Positions 19,761-36,940 of a stretch of DNA of 64,000 bases are shown piece after piece (within the stretch, counting starts at the first letter, position 1; each line of letters opens with the position of its first letter). The notes beneath the pieces are model-generated. The model ran no database searches. It had not been told where the DNA came from and was given only the letters and a program-made list of their open reading frames with translations. This stretch comes from the human T2T-CHM13v2.0 reference genome, Homo sapiens: NCBI RefSeq assembly GCF_009914755.1, contig NC_060929.1; one strand, 5' to 3'. A program made the position numbers and the translations under genes.

Positions 19761-20862
19761 TGCTATGGTTTGAATGTGTCTCCTCCAAAATTCAAGTGTT
19801 GCCAATGTAACAGAATTAAGACGTGGGGCCTTTACCATAATTTAAAAATAAAAAAATAGTATGTGGTGAAAAGGGAACACCTTTACACTGCTGGTGGGAA
19901 TGTAAACTAGTACAACCACTACGGAAAACAGTGCAGAGATTCCTTAAAGAACTAAAAGTAGATCTGCCATTTGATCCAGCAATCCCACTACTGGTTATCT
20001 ACCCAGAAGAAAAGAAGTCATTATACAAAAAAGATACCTGCACACGCATGTTTATAGCAGCACAATTTGCAATTGCAAAAATATGGAATCAGCCCAAATG
20101 CCCATTAGTCAATGAATGGATAAAGTCAACATATATGTGTATATACATATATAGTATATGTATACACACACCACATTTATGTGTGTATATATGTATACAT
20201 ATATACACATACCACATTTATGTGTGTATATATATGTGTGTGTGCACACACACACCATGGAATACTATTCAGCCATAAAAAGGAAAGAAATAATGGCATT
20301 CACAGCAACCTGGATGGAATTGAGACCATTTTTCTAAGTGAAGTAACTCAAGAATGGAAGACAAAACATCGTATGTTCTCACTTATAAGTGGGACCTAAG
20401 CTATGAATATGCAAAGGCCTAAGAGTGACACAATGGACTTTGGGTACTTAGTGGAGAAGGGTGGGAAGGGGGCACGGGATAAAAGACTACACATTGGGTA
20501 CAGTGTACACTGCTGGGGTGATGGGTGTACCAAAATCTCAGAAATCACCACTAAAGAACTTATCCGTGTAACCAAACGCCACGTGTTCCCCAAAAACCTG
20601 TTTTAAAAAGGGGTGGGGCCTTTAAGAGGTGATAGATCCTCCCTCAAGAATGGGATTAAGGTGCTTATAAAAGAGGCTTCACACAGCATTCAGCCCTCTC
20701 TTGCCTTCTGCATAGAAGGATGCGGCAAAAAGGCCCCTACCAGATGCTGGCATCTTTATCTTGAACTTCCCAGTCTCCAGAACTGTGAGAAAATACATTC
20801 CTATTCTTTATAAATTACCTAGTTTTAGGTATGTTGTTGTAGCACCACAAATAGATTAATAT
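19761..20862. mobile_element. MST-type MaLR solo LTR interrupted by an L1 insertion
   Basis: tgctatggtttgaatgtgtc start; resumes at ~20607 and ends with ccagtctccagaactgtgagaaa...ttgttgtagcaccacaaatagattaa. Confidence 0.75.
19835..20606 (+). mobile_element. 5'-truncated L1PB-like 3' end nested in the LTR
   Basis: ORF2 C-terminal remnant ([11 protein letters not shown]...WNQPKCP), L1PB-type 3'UTR; TSD gtggggccttta on both sides. Confidence 0.85.
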
Positions 20863-20966
20863 AGAACCCAAGGAGGTGGCAAGATAAATATTTGGTTGTT
20901 ACATTGCACATCATAACAAGTCACTTGTTTTCAAGTCAGGTAAAAACGTTCAAAAGTAAATGAGCT

Positions 20967-21315
<349 letters not shown>

Positions 21316-21458
21316 TTAAAAACGAATCACATTATACTAAATGAAAAGTATTTGCTGAGGCCTTTTTTACAAAAGTATTTTGAGCCTCCAAGATGGTTTG
21401 ATAAATCCATGAACTGTCAATCAATCAATTTATCAATCTGTGTTTTCAATCCCTGTTG

Positions 21459-21995
21459 CAGTAGTCCCCCCATATCCTTGAGGGATGCATTTCAAGACCC
21501 CCAGTAAATGCCTGAAACCATGGATAGTACCAAATAGTACCCTATGCAGTATATACTGCCTTTTCATATACATACATACCTATGATAAAGTTTAACTTAT
21601 AAATCAGGCACAGTAAGAGATTAACAACAATAACTAATAATAAAATAGAGCAATTATAGGAATATATCAGCGTTACTGCTCTTGAGCTTTGGGGCCATTA
21701 TGAAGTAAAATAAAGGTGACTTGAACACAAGAAGCACTGTAATACTGAAACAGCAGATCTGATCAGTGAAACAGCTCCTAAATGACTAACAGGTGGGCCT
21801 CTACAGGTCAAACATCCCACATAAGATAGAGCAGGACAGCTTGAGATTTCATTGTGATACTCAGAATGGTATGCAAGTGAAAACCTGTGAATGGTTTCTG
21901 GTATTTTTCATTTAATATTTTTGGACTGCAGTTTACTGTGGATTAAAAAAACACACACACAGAAAGCAAAAGCGCAGATGAGAAGGAACTACCGT
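21459..21995. mobile_element. MER44-like (TcMar-Tigger) DNA transposon
   Basis: cagtagtccccccatatcc...caagacccccagtaaatgcctgaaacc start and degenerate inverted end. Confidence 0.7.
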
Positions 21996-22013
21996 ATATG
22001 AAAAGAATCATGA

Positions 22014-22482
<469 letters not shown>

Positions 22483-22662
22483 GAGTAGAATATTAAAAAG
22501 CATAAGGTATAGGTTTTGCCCTTAGTTTGTAATTTGGTCAGGAAGAAATGCTTAAGTACATTAAAACATAAATTGCAACATAGAAAAGCAACACAAAAGC
22601 GACAGAAGAAATGGATGACCAGTGGTCAAATCAGTAATATAAACACTAAGTAAACATAATGT

Positions 22663-22955
22663 GGCCGGGCACGGTGGTTCAGGACTATAATCCCAGCACT
22701 TTGGGAGGCTGAGGCAGGCAGATCTCTTGATCTCAGGAGTTTGAGACCAGGCCGGGCAACATGATGAAACCCTGTCTCTACAAAAAATACAAAAATTAGC
22801 TGGGCGTGGTGGCATGTGCCTATATTCCCAACTACTTGGGAGGTTGAGTGGGGAGGATTGCTTGAATCCAGGAGGTTGAGGTTGCAGTAAGCAGAGATTG
22901 TGCCTTCACACTCCAGCCTGGGTGACAGAGTAAGACCCTGTCTCAAAAACAAAAA
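22663..22955 (+). mobile_element. AluJ-like
   Basis: Full Alu with ggaggattgcttga diagnostic. Confidence 0.9.
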
Positions 22956-23697
22956 TAATGCTTTCAGAAGAGAAATCATTGCAGAGCAAAACTGTGTATG
23001 TGAAAGTTTCATTATTTAACCAAGAAACACTGAAAGAGGCAAACACAGCAGCCTCACAACAGTTTGGCAAGAGTGTTCCCTTGCTCCAATGTTATGGCCA
23101 AACTTGTAGGTCAAAACTATTGGGTATTTACACGTCTTTCAGATAGCGAATTAAGATCATGAATTGAAGAATGATTGGGGTAAACAAGCTACGCTTGAAA
23201 AACCAAAATGCAGAGAGCACCTTGCACACCTTCCTGAGAACAGGAGATGGGAGGAAGAAAAACAGAGATGAAAACTGAGAGCAGATTAAGGGGTACATCA
23301 GAGAATCAGTTTCTGGGGAACCTAAAATACCTATCATTTGAAATATTGACAATATGGTGACATTGAACTCAATGTTTTAAATTTATTTCCTCGCTTTTTA
23401 AATACAGGTGTCAAGAGCTGAGCTAATCATGCACCTCAGCTCACCACACAGTCCTCAGACGGTGGAAGAGCCCTTGTTTCTCTATGTATTCATTTACTTA
23501 TTCCCTTTTATCCCCATGTGTCACTCACTGTTCCCCCTTTCCTCATGGACAGCCATTCTGCCGTGTTTAATATGTACGGTGACATTTCCATGTTCTTACA
23601 AAATGCATATTATTGTTTTGCCTGTATTTTTTGTAGCAGCTTCATGAAGATATCATTTACATACTACCTAATTCACTCATTTAAAGTGTACAGTTCA

Positions 23698-23993
23698 GGC
23701 CAGGCATGCTCACCTGTAATCCCAGCACTTTGGGAGGCCAAGGTATGAGGCTCACTTGAGCCCAGGAGTTTGAGACCACCCTGGGCAAAAGAGCAAGCTG
23801 CCATCTTTAAAAAAAAAAAAAAAAATTAGCCAGGTATGGTGGTGGGTGCCTGTAGTCCCAGATATTCAGGAGGCTAGGGAGGGAAGATCCTTTGACCCCA
23901 GGAGGTCAAGGTTGCCGTGAGCTATGATCGAGCCACTGCACTCTAGCCTGGGTGAGACCCAGACTCTAGACAGAGTGAGACCCTGTTTCCAAA
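23698..23993 (+). mobile_element. AluJ-like
   Basis: Diverged full Alu. Confidence 0.9.
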
Positions 23994-24058
23994 ATTAAAT
24001 TAAGTTAAATTAAAAAGTATACAATTCAGTACAGTTTAATTAAATTAAATTAAAAAGT

Positions 24059-24436
<378 letters not shown>

Positions 24437-25895
24437 TCATTGCAAAAAAAAACCCTTGTGTTCACTAAGGAGCCACTCCCCATTCCCCCCTCTGCCTAAA
24501 CTCTGGCAACCACTAATCTGCTTTCTGGCTCTATGGATTTGCTTATTCTGGACATTTCATATCAGTGGAATCATATATCATGTGGTCTTTTCTGTCTGTC
24601 TCCTTTCACTTAGCAAGTTTTCAAGGTTAATCCATGTTATAGCATTTATTAGTACTTCATTCCTTTTTATGGCTGAATAATATTTTATTGTATATATTTA
24701 TCATATTTTACTTTATCCATTCATCAGTTAATGGACATTTGAGTTGTTTTACCTTTGGACTATTATGAATAATGCTTCTATTAATATTCATATACGAGTT
24801 TTTGTGTAGGCATATGTTTTCAATTCTCATGGGTGTATACCTAGGAGTGGAATTTCTGGGCCATATGGTAACTCTATATTTAATAATTTGAGTAATCATC
24901 AAACTGTTTTCCAAAGGGGCTAGATGATTTACACCAGCAATTTCTTTACAATCTCACTGAGATGGACACTTACTATCTGTCCATTTTTTTCTAGCCATCA
25001 TAGTGGGTATGGAATGGTATTGCATTGTGCTTTTGGTTTGTATTTGCCTGATAGGTAACAATGTCGGGCATCTTTTCACATGCTCATTTCCATTTGTACA
25101 TCTTCTTTGGAAAAATGTCCATTTCAATCTTTTGCCCATTTATAAATTGAGTTTGTATCTTTTTATTATTGAGTTGTAAGAATTCTTCGTATATTCTAGA
25201 TAGAAGTCTTTTATCAGGATTGTCTTTTCAATCTCCAAATAGTGTCCTTTGAAACACAAATTATTAAAATTTTGATGAAGTCTAATTTGTCTATTTTGTT
25301 GTTGTTGCTTGTGGCTTTAGTGTCAGATATAGGTTTATTTCTGGATTCCCAATTCTACTGATCTATATGTCTGTTTTTATGCCAGTACCACCCTGTCTTA
25401 ATTACTGCTTTGAAAGATTGTAAGATTTGAAATCAGAAAGTGTGAGTCTTCTACATTTTTCTTCTTTTTCAAGATAGTTTGGGTGCATATATTTTGATTT
25501 ATAACATATTTTATTTTTTAACCACATGTGTTTTTTACAGTTGATTTAAATCAAAGTCCCTGTAATAATTGTATTTAAAAACCGCCTTTTCTTCTTTGTA
25601 GAGATATTCTGGCCATTTTCTTTCCAGGATTGACATAGACCCAAAGGTCCCCTTGCTAGAGCTGGCTGAGGCAACACTCTTGAACAACCCTTTCTGCGAT
25701 GGTGGCAGTTCTTCCTTCTTCCTCAAAGTCTGTTCTTAAACCAGGTCCCTTCTCTTGGCATTGTTTTTTTTACTTTTAATTTTTTAAAATCTTAGACATA
25801 GAATTTTGTTAAACCTCTTGAGAACTTCGGGACAATTGCTGTGTCTCTGATCATTCCATTTGAACTGCTCAAACTGAAAGTCAGTGAATGCCTTA

Positions 25896-26231
<336 letters not shown>

Positions 26232-29129
26232 TTATATATATATATAATGCACACAGAGACAAGAGCACAAATCATGATATTGCTATGTACATATATATTT
26301 ACTTTATGCAAATAATATTGTGAGAGACATAAACATATATATGTGTGTATATGTGTTTTCCACATACAACTCCTTTCATAACTGGCAAAATGTAAATTTG
26401 ATTTCGATCGCCCACAGAGTGTACATTTTAATTTCAAACAAACAGTCCCTTACCTGTTTTTTGGCACTAGGTTATCTCTATTGACTATTTTTGTGTCTTG
26501 TGGAGCACAGGTTCCCTGGTGCTACCACAAAGGCTATGCCACCAATCCTGAGACTAGTGGCCAGCTGTTGCCTGGTACCATTTGTGATTGTCAGCTAAAA
26601 TTCTGAAAGCAAAGTAAAGTGTGGTGAGTGGATTTACCCGGAATGAGAGACTTTGTTGTTTTCTAAAATTTTAAACTATCCAATATATATCTCAAGAAAT
26701 TATGTTTTTAAAAAATGGTAAAAATACTTTCCAAAAAACTGAAAAAAAGTGAGTAACATTTTGCTCACATAAAAATCATGGTGTTTGGAGAGGCTCCCTC
26801 TGCCTATTTTGAACAGAGTAACAGTGTCAATGCAAGTCACCTCTATCTTTGGTGAATGGGAGTGGCCAAGGCTCTTCAGGTAACAGTGACAGAAAACTGA
26901 CATGACATGACAACACTCTAAACAAAAGACATGCTATTTATGCCCATAATAAATCACTTGCCTTATACCACTTATGAATGCCCTTCTAGTATTTTGAAAA
27001 TAAATTGAGGTATTCAGTTTTTATTAGTATAACATTGATTTTTTTTTTTTTACACGCTCACTAGATGAGCATTGACCAAATATTTAGATAATACCTGTTG
27101 GGAAAGTGCTGAATTACTAGCCTGCCTGAGAATCCCACACATTTCAGTCCAAGAAAACCTTCCTCAAATTTTCCATCTCCCATCAGAGGAGCTGCAAAAG
27201 GGTCTGAAGAAGTTTGGATAGGGAGCCAGTGTGAACACAAGCCGAGATTTTCAGAAGGTAGCCACCGAGGCATGTTGTGGAGAGCAGTTGTTCCAGGTTT
27301 ATGGAAGGGCCAAGAAGAGCACATTCAAGGGGTTGTCTGATGGCAGGGCCATTGTGATTTGCAAAGCACCCCATAGGTTTCACCAATGGACAAAGAAGGA
27401 CATTTACAGATACAGACCACCTGGGAATTCTGAGTGTACAAATGCACAGATGAAGTCACTAACTTACTTGACACTTTAGAACAGTGTAAAGTGCCAGTCA
27501 TGAATATTGGAAAGGATATGTTATGATACAGGGGTAATCTTGATAAATACACATTCCCAAGAACAAAACTCCTGCTGTGTATAGAGGGTTTAGGAATAAA
27601 CCCTGGCTTCTACGGAGTGAATTAATAACCACAGAGGAGCAGAACTGGATGAAGACATTTAGAAATTGAAAACAGCAATATCACAGCTAACACTTTAGGG
27701 AAAAAAATTGTTTTGATGGATGAATAGTGGCCATAAACATGTAAACGCTGATCCCTTATGCAACTCAAATTACAATTTAATTCTACTGGGAGGATGGGGG
27801 TAATATCTTGAGGAGGGAGGGAGGGAAGGAGGGAGGGAGGAAAGGGGACTAGATCCTCTTCTACTCTAGTGAGAAGACAACAGAGAATTACTGGAATGAA
27901 ATAATAAGTGGTAACACTGTACATTAATAGATACGTAAAAATAAACATTAAAAATAAGCAGCCAAAGGAGAGCAGATGACAGCAGTCATCTCTTTGGTAG
28001 GGGTGTGAGGTGGGAATGTGGGAAGGGAAGCAGAAGACCACTACTTTTTATATCAAAACTTACAGAACCATTTGAGTTCTTAAACTACTTTTATTGATAA
28101 AACTTTTTAAAAGGAGAAGGAGGAAGAACAAGAGGGGAGGGGAGAGGAATTGAGACAACAAATGAGTAAACTATCTGAATAATCCAGGAACAACTAAACT
28201 CTGGTAAAAGGATGGAATGGGGAAAAATGGAATTGAAAGGAGTTTCTTAGGAAACACAGAAAAGATTTAGTGCTTGAATGTGGAGGAGAGATGCTGAGAT
28301 GGTTGAAGTCTCAAGTCAGTTTATTGGGAGAATAGGATATATTTAGAGAAAAATAAACTAACATATCACACAAATTGACAATCTCATGCAATCAGCGCAT
28401 CATATACTACATTGTTTTCTAATCGTGTAACTGTAGAATTTAGCACTTTATTTGTACAGGGCTATCATTTTCATGAACTACATCATAAACATGATCATTA
28501 TGTAGCATCCATAATTGGCGAATAGCACAGCATACCACAATGGACAGTGCAGTTCAGAGAGAGAATGTGAACGGGATTAGAAAAGAGTCACTATGAATGA
28601 AAATGATTGGGAAATAATTCCAAAGGAAAGAGAATATGAGCAGGCAATAGGTCTGTTTAACAGTCCATTTATCAAATAATTTGCCAAATGACAAATTTGC
28701 TAAAATTTGTCAGAAAATTCATTTGTAGCAGTGTCACCCCAAGAGACATCCACATAGCCAGGAGCAGAAAGGGACACAGGTGTCTAAACTGTGAGATTGG
28801 TAGCCCAGATTGATAGACATTTGAGGAGTCTAACAAATCTCTAGCTACAGTGCTATAATAAAGCTTTAAGGAAACTAAAATGTGGGGAAAGTCTCCACTT
28901 AATGTGATAAATTGATGCCTCAGCAAATCAGTTTGTGGAATTGATTTTTGCTAAACTGGCTTGTGGCAAACTCACTGCCAATGAATTGATTTTTGCTATG
29001 TGGGCCTGCTTCAACATCTAGAACTGAAATGTGTAAACACTGATTCCATTCTGCAGCCCCCAACCCAATGATCTTGAATCCTTTTTTACTGCAACCTGCA
29101 GTAAGGAATACACTTTACACCATAACTAT

Positions 29130-29166
29130 GCACACATGCACGCATGTACACACACACACACACACA
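29130..29166. repeat. (CA)n-rich microsatellite
   Basis: Directly visible. Confidence 0.85.
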
Positions 29167-29672
29167 TGAAACAAAAGAATCACATTGTCCTTACTTCAGA
29201 CAATGCACTCTGATACTTTCTATTGTATTTCTTTTCTTCTTTTCTTAAAAAAAATACTGGCTTAAACCTGCAGTTTAGAAAACCTTATAACAGCAAACCT
29301 GTTTAAACTTGATTATATAGTGGAAGGCCAATATTTCTATAGAACCAAACATATGTTTAACACTTTTGGAGAAAATAATGATTGCAATTCCAATTTCGTG
29401 TTCTGTGATACAATTCTCCACTGCAATGTGCTGCGCTGCTCTAAATTCTGCTGTGGGACTGTGGGGAGATCTTGCAGCTCCAGATCCCTGGTATGCCTGC
29501 CATGGCCCGACGGGTGGCTGGTTAAGGAGCTAGGAGGGACATACCTTGATCCTAAGATACCTCACTAATTGTCCTTTTCCTTTTCTACCAAATCTACCTG
29601 TTTCACTCTCCACTGCTAGAACTTGCTATCTGCCACCTTTAGGAGCTGCACTTTTCCTTATTGAACTAATAA

Positions 29673-30603
<931 letters not shown>

Positions 30604-31749
30604 TGATGTAATTTCTAATTCAGTAACATGTTAAGTATCTGAGGGGAAAATGATTTAAAAAACATATGCCAAGTGCTATTGTATATCTCTCCATTTCACC
30701 ATGCATTTAAACAAGTTAGATACTGATTGTACTTCAAGTGTAAAATGCTGAAGGCCTATTCTGTCCTTTTGAGTTCAATTAAATTTTTAATTACTCAGTG
30801 AAAGGAGACACATGGGGAAGAAGAGGTGACATTTCACCAAGGATTTTCCCAAAATTAAGAGTTGAAGAACAATGAGATTTTCATCTGCTACTGTTCACTA
30901 ATGATGAAACAATGCTTTTTTATGAGCTCATTTTGTTCCCATATTTTTTCAGTTTTGACCATTTGTCCATCTCCGAAGGACTTGTATCAGCCCTACTGGA
31001 AACTAATAGGAAAGATTAGCATCAAAGACAAAGAATAAGTAAAATCCTTGCCTGTTTTCAGGTATTCACAATTTCTGGGATTATATCCTTTGCAGCTGGA
31101 GCTCTCCATATTGGAGTCAGCCCAAAATTTAATTTAGGGAGAAAGTTTGATTAACATTCCTTCAGTTACGAGGCCTTTATAAAGCAGTGTTTTCTTGGCA
31201 CCTTTGTTAGATTTTTTTTTCCTTCCTTATCCATGCAAGTATTTTTAGAAGAAGGAGGAGGAAAGGATGGAGCCAAACTTTGAAACAGATTTACTAAGAA
31301 GGTGGATGTGAAGAACTTAGTTTGCAAAGCTGAGAAAATATAAAACTGAAAGTATTATATCAGTATTTGAGTACCCTGAATACACACTATACATGTTGAA
31401 TAATTCTAGTGAAATAGGTAAAAATCTGTGTTGAAACTCCAGTGCCCCGTTAAAACATAATTCTAATGAGGAGAGATGGCAGTTGTGGTCCCTGTTTGAG
31501 TTATTCAGGATCATTCAGAGAAATTCACTTTTGCCACCAACTAACGTTCTAACCCTAGCAAACTGCTGGGAAATTTGATGCTACTCCTTGAAATAGGACT
31601 GGTCGAAGACTGTGGGTGATTACTACACTATCGCTATCCAAAAGACCTTCAACTGCATGGTACCTGATAGGCACTTGATAAATATTTATTGACTGATTAA
31701 GCAGTGCCTGATTATAGTACAAAGGATATATTTATTCCTCCTGGAAGCA

Positions 31750-31975
31750 GCAGTGTGTAGTGACAAAATACTGAATTTAGAATTAGAAGCCTATCCTACC
31801 AATTTGCCAGCTAAGTGATTTGGGAAAATATTTTTAAAATCTAAGGTTCTATTTTCAAGTCTGTAAAATGAGAAGAATTATGTCTACCTTGAAGAAGAGT
31901 TGTGGGAGAATTAAATGGAGTGACAGTATGCAAAATGCCTGACACACAAGAGTTCTCAGCAAATGCTAGTTGAAT
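31750..31975. mobile_element. MIR remnant
   Basis: ctgtaaaatgagaagaat...aaaatgcctgacacac. Confidence 0.55.
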
Positions 31976-34900
31976 TGAATTCTAGATTACTCATTCTCGG
32001 GAAGGAATTCATCTCTAATTTTAGTCTTTCCATCAATAAATTTGATAAGTTTATTTTGTTTTCTGGATTATTGAGTAGTCCTCCTCCCTTCAAAAATAAT
32101 CAACTCATTTTGGGCAAAGTACAGAAGAAGCAAGTAAGAATAAAAGGAATATTAAATATTGCAATGGCAATAAAAAGAATTAAAATCTTTGCGATATGAA
32201 TAAGCTCACAGAGCAGCCCAGACTTTTTGGTGTACATTGTCAAGGAAGGCAGTGAATCCAATAATGTTAATAACTTCCCTATGTATATAAGGGCAACTGC
32301 AGACTTTCAGAGAGAACCCAACCCATTGTAATTTTATGCCATCCTCTTATTAAGAATGGCCTCTTGACAGTTACCTAAGCTCATATTATCATCCTTGATT
32401 AAATTAATATGAGAAGGATGACAAGTGCTGAGATACTTCCCTTCAAATAAGATGAAAACAGCATCCAAGGAATAAGGAAGAAATACAAGCGAAGAGGTCA
32501 AAAATCAGCTGAGTTAGCAGGGGCCACTCTAAACAGATGCTCAGCCTCTCAGGAGACTGACAGCTCCAGTATGCGATGGGCCAGGCAGTTTGGGAGCTGC
32601 CCCTTCCTTCTGCCAGACCAGATGATGATTAGCAACTGACACATGAATAGGAATAGCTGGGCCTGGGCCTGAAACTGCAGGGAGGGGCACTGGTCCCAGC
32701 CAACAAGCCTGCAAAGCAGTTGGAGAATAGAAAAATGCAAATGTCCTAGGTCTCCTCAGCCATTAATTCAGAATCTAAGTACTGGTATATAGTTAGCTGT
32801 TTCAGGAAGATAAAGAACTGCTTTTAGAAAAAGATAGCCATTTACAAATCAGCTTAGGATTGTTCTTATATTTCAGAAGCTTTTTATTTCCAATAACATT
32901 TCTATAGAATATCACCCCTGAACATGTTAATATTTGAACAAATTTTAAAAACCTAAATCTTCCTGGAATTAGGTTGTACTCATTTTGCCAATATCCTACT
33001 TCTAATGGAGAAGGTGAATCATTAAGACAAAATTTAGGGAACCTCTGAGATATCAAAATTGATTTAAAATAACATGAAAAATTGTATTTCCATGGTCTTA
33101 CTTTGCCTAACCCAATGGTTTCTTCCCTTTAAACGAGTTGGCATCCCAATGTTTTCACATATACTAATGAGCTAACAACAATACTCATGGATTTTATACT
33201 AATCTATTTAGAAATAAAGAAGATAGCCTTGTGATTTTACCAGCATTTGAAGCACTCCTCAAAGAAAAATCATTCTTAGTTTATTTTGCCTCTCTCAGAC
33301 TGGGATAGGATATGGCTTGCTCTGTAGCCCACGAAACAGAGTGAAGAGCTTCTGTCTCAGCTTCCACAGATTACCATGTTCTATTACAGTTGGCACAGCA
33401 GATTCTCTGCCCACTAAATCATCTGAAGCAACAGATGGATCCCACAATTGCCAATAAATATTTGTGAAGGGGGAGGCTTTCTGCAGAGATTTCCTGTGTT
33501 TTAGAGCTTTTGCTGCAATGATACTTTTAGTTTTTCATCTTAGAAATTATTTTTCTTTGTAATTTGAGATGGAAGTCAATGATGAGTATCGTCTTAGGAT
33601 GTGCAGAGCAGTACTAAATTAAAACCAAAAACCAAGATTCTCTCATCTCATGTGTTGTTTTCAGTTTGTTTTTTGAGCTTAGCACCTCACATCTTCTTGG
33701 TCTACCTTTTACTTCTGCTCTGGCGGCAGCTCACTGTGGCCCCACAGCATCTCACTCTAGCCCCACCCTGTTATGGCTCACTTCTGCCCCAGGTGAAGGT
33801 GCCAGTGGTAAGCCGATTGCCTTCTGCACAGGCACAAAGCTTGAAACGTGGAAGGGTAACACCTCCTGGCCCAGAGCTTGTCCACTGAAGACAGGAGCTG
33901 AAGGGTAAATGTTACCCTACCCTCTCCCATTTCTCCAGTGTATAATGTGAGGCACCTTCCACACAGCTCCCCAGATGGGCCCAGAGGGACTGAGCCCCAA
34001 CCGTCCATGACGGTGGAAATCAACTGGATAAGGCCCCCCAGGCCTGGTTTTCACCTCCCTCACTCCTGTTTCCTCATCTCAGGATCTGCTTTCAAGGGAC
34101 ACAGATTAAACTCCTACCAATGGTGACTGTTTCTTTTGTCCTTAGCAAATACCAGACATTATCCACTTTTTAAAGTGTTTTCAGTCTGGCAGGAAATAAA
34201 TGTCACCATTTTCATCTGCATGTGTGATTATTAGTAAGTGAAAGAGAAAACACTTTTAAAAATCACAAGTAAACCACAATAAAAAATCAGTAGTTTCTCC
34301 TAAGATAAAAACCAATACTTTGTTGCCTCTTCCCCCAACCCAGATGAAGGTATTACTTTCTGATTTTCACACGACAAATATGGTACCAAGGAAACAACAT
34401 ACCAGAAGTCTTTTCCTACTACCTTATAGCTCTTGAAATGTTAAGACAGGACCAGGAAATGATGGGTATTATTTGAATTTGGGCCTTTGTCTATATGTGA
34501 CGGACTTTCATAAACTGTTAGAGACGGACTAGATGTTAAATATCACCAAGTTGAGTATTCCGGCTTAGAAAAATGGAGACACTAAGACCCAGTGAAGAGA
34601 AGTAATGGAGAGACTTGCCACCTGTGACACAGACAAGGGTAGCCCTGGCCTGGAACTCCTGACTCTTTGGTGCTTTTCCTGCTAAGCCATGTTGTCCTTT
34701 CTTCAGAAATTGATCATTTGGCTTTCCCACAACATCCTCACTTGTGGTATCTTATAAGACCACATTTACTACTGAAATAAGAAATGTTATAATTTCACCA
34801 TAAAGGCATCACAAAGAACGATTTTTTAAAGAAAAATATCCAGAGACATGATATCTTTGTAGGAAACATTATTATGGTGAGCTCCAGAGAGAGCTTTCTG

Positions 34901-35039
34901 AAGGGTCCCAAACTGCAATTTATTACTGGAATACTGGGATCCTAGTTCAAAGGTGACATAAAATATGAGGTCAGCATGAGTATCTAAAATACACAAGACA
35001 AACTGAAAGTTGCTAACACAAAATCAAGACCAATAAATA

Positions 35040-35336
35040 GGCCAGGCACAGTGGCTCATTTCTGTAATCCCAGCACTTTGGGAGGCCGAGGCAGCAGATC
35101 ACTTGAGATCAAGAGTTCAAGACCAGTTTGGCCAACATGGTGAAACCCCATCTCTACTAAAAATACAAAAATGATCTGGGTGTGGTGGCGCATGCTTGTA
35201 ATCCCAGCTACTTGGGGGGCTGAGGCATGAGAACAGCTTGAACCCAGGAAGCAGAGATTGCAGTGAGCCTTGCAAGATCCCACCACTGCATTCCAGCTTG
35301 GGTGACAGAGTGAGACTCCATCTCAAAAAAAAAAAA
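35040..35336 (+). mobile_element. AluS
   Basis: Full Alu. Confidence 0.95.
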
Positions 35337-35991
35337 TCAATTAATAAAAAGTGTCAGAGATCTTAAATTTTTTAGAAGCCTATACCTACCAGCATCATAA
35401 GGGAGCCTGGACATCTAGATCTCACAAGACTACATTACAGAGTTAACTTCGTCTCTTTGGATATGTTAGAGATTTACCTTAAGTTTTCACATGTACAGTT
35501 TTTACTTATTATAATAAAACTATTTAAAATAATGAAAGTTAAAAGTTATTGAAGGTGATTCATATATTTAGGACAAGTGACTTTTAAATGCATAATTTAA
35601 ACTCCTATTATGGTTAGTTAACCTATAATAACTCTGTTGAGTTTGTTTCAGCCATATATTATTTCAGCTAGAGAAGAGCTAATATTTGCAAGGAATCTAC
35701 TAAATTCTATGCATTTTAGAGAATTTCAACTTTATTTATTGCTATCCCCTGTCCTACTTTGAGTTCCTCCAAAAGGGGACCTTCAGATGGGATTCCAGTT
35801 CAAATAGTTGACTCAGGAGGTGAAGGAAACACTGCATGGGAGTGGGAAAGTGAGACAGAGAAGGCAGCCAGTAAAGGTGTTTTTCCAAACTGGCTACTAC
35901 TGTGGGCAACTACAGCCTAACCCTGCTGGAAAATAAAATCCAGAAGCCTTTGTAGAACATACCCGAGTTGTCCTACCCAAAGGGCAAGAGA

Positions 35992-36196
35992 GGTAGTATG
36001 TTGGTCAGTTTTTAGCAGCCAGCTCTGGAAGAAGATGGGAGAGCTCTGATTTGTAACATTTGCCAGTTTCTGTAGTGTAAATGCTCCCACCATGGCCAAT
36101 TTCAAGCACCAATGTGACATCGTTGAACTTAGAGTTTGGAAGAGGGCTGCACTCTAGGCTCTCAAGTTGATGGAAGCCACCTCCAGCACACCATCT
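35992..36196. mobile_element. MER63-like (hAT) DNA transposon
   Basis: gtgtaaatgctcccaccatggccaatttcaagc...ctccagcacacca. Confidence 0.7.
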
Positions 36197-36564
36197 GCAA
36201 CTTGCATCATTGGCTAAGGACTGCTTAGGATTACGAGCAGAGCCCACTTCTAGCCGGCCATATACTCAGCAAATTGAGTGTCGCAAGCCAGACAGATACA
36301 GGTGCTGCCGTGGAAATCTGGCTTATGTGCACCAAGGTAGTGGTAAGGTGAAAGGAAAAGGGCAAGGCCCCAACAGTGACTACTACATCCCCGTATTAAT
36401 GATGACTAAAGTGTGTACGGCTTGCCAAAAGTCACACAATCATGGAGGAGCTGAGATTCAAACACAGGCCTGGCTGATAGCAAAGCCTTCTAGTCTGTGT
36501 CATGCTGTTCCTCCTATAGAAAGCTGTACATCTCACAATGCCTTAGTGAACAAATAAAACTGTA

Positions 36565-36940
36565 TTGTGTTACTTAGGGTCAATTATTCTGCTCTAACAA
36601 GTAGATCTAAATAGGCAATGGCTTAAGACAAAGGAATTATATTTGTGGGTGGGAACTCGAATTATCTAGGGGACTGTCCTCCATCCAGTCATTCAGGGAC
36701 CCTTTCACTCTGTTTCTCTGCCATCCTCTGGGCCATGATAGTCATCTGTATTCAGCTGTGCCATTTCTTGAAATCTATGGCTCACATGCTGTTGATGAGA
36801 ACTAGTCACATGGCCATATGTAGCTGCAAGGCAGGCTGGAAAACTTAGCCACTGGCTAGGCAAGTGCTTCCCCACTACAGCTGCATGGCAATGGCTGGGG
36901 ATAAGGACTTTGGTTGACAGCTAACCATCTCTATCACAGT
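36565..36940. mobile_element. MLT1-type MaLR LTR remnant
   Basis: aatggcttaagaca...agaactagtcacatggcc...agctgcaaggcaggctggaaa. Confidence 0.55.

Noticed and set aside
25535-25890. Minus-strand ORF fragments resembling a pseudogene
   Set aside because: No recognisable protein similarity, frequent stops, no TSD or poly-A support
27095-27420. Possible minus-strand coding exon with overlapping ORFs
   Set aside because: Weak acceptor, stops in all frames, no homology recognised
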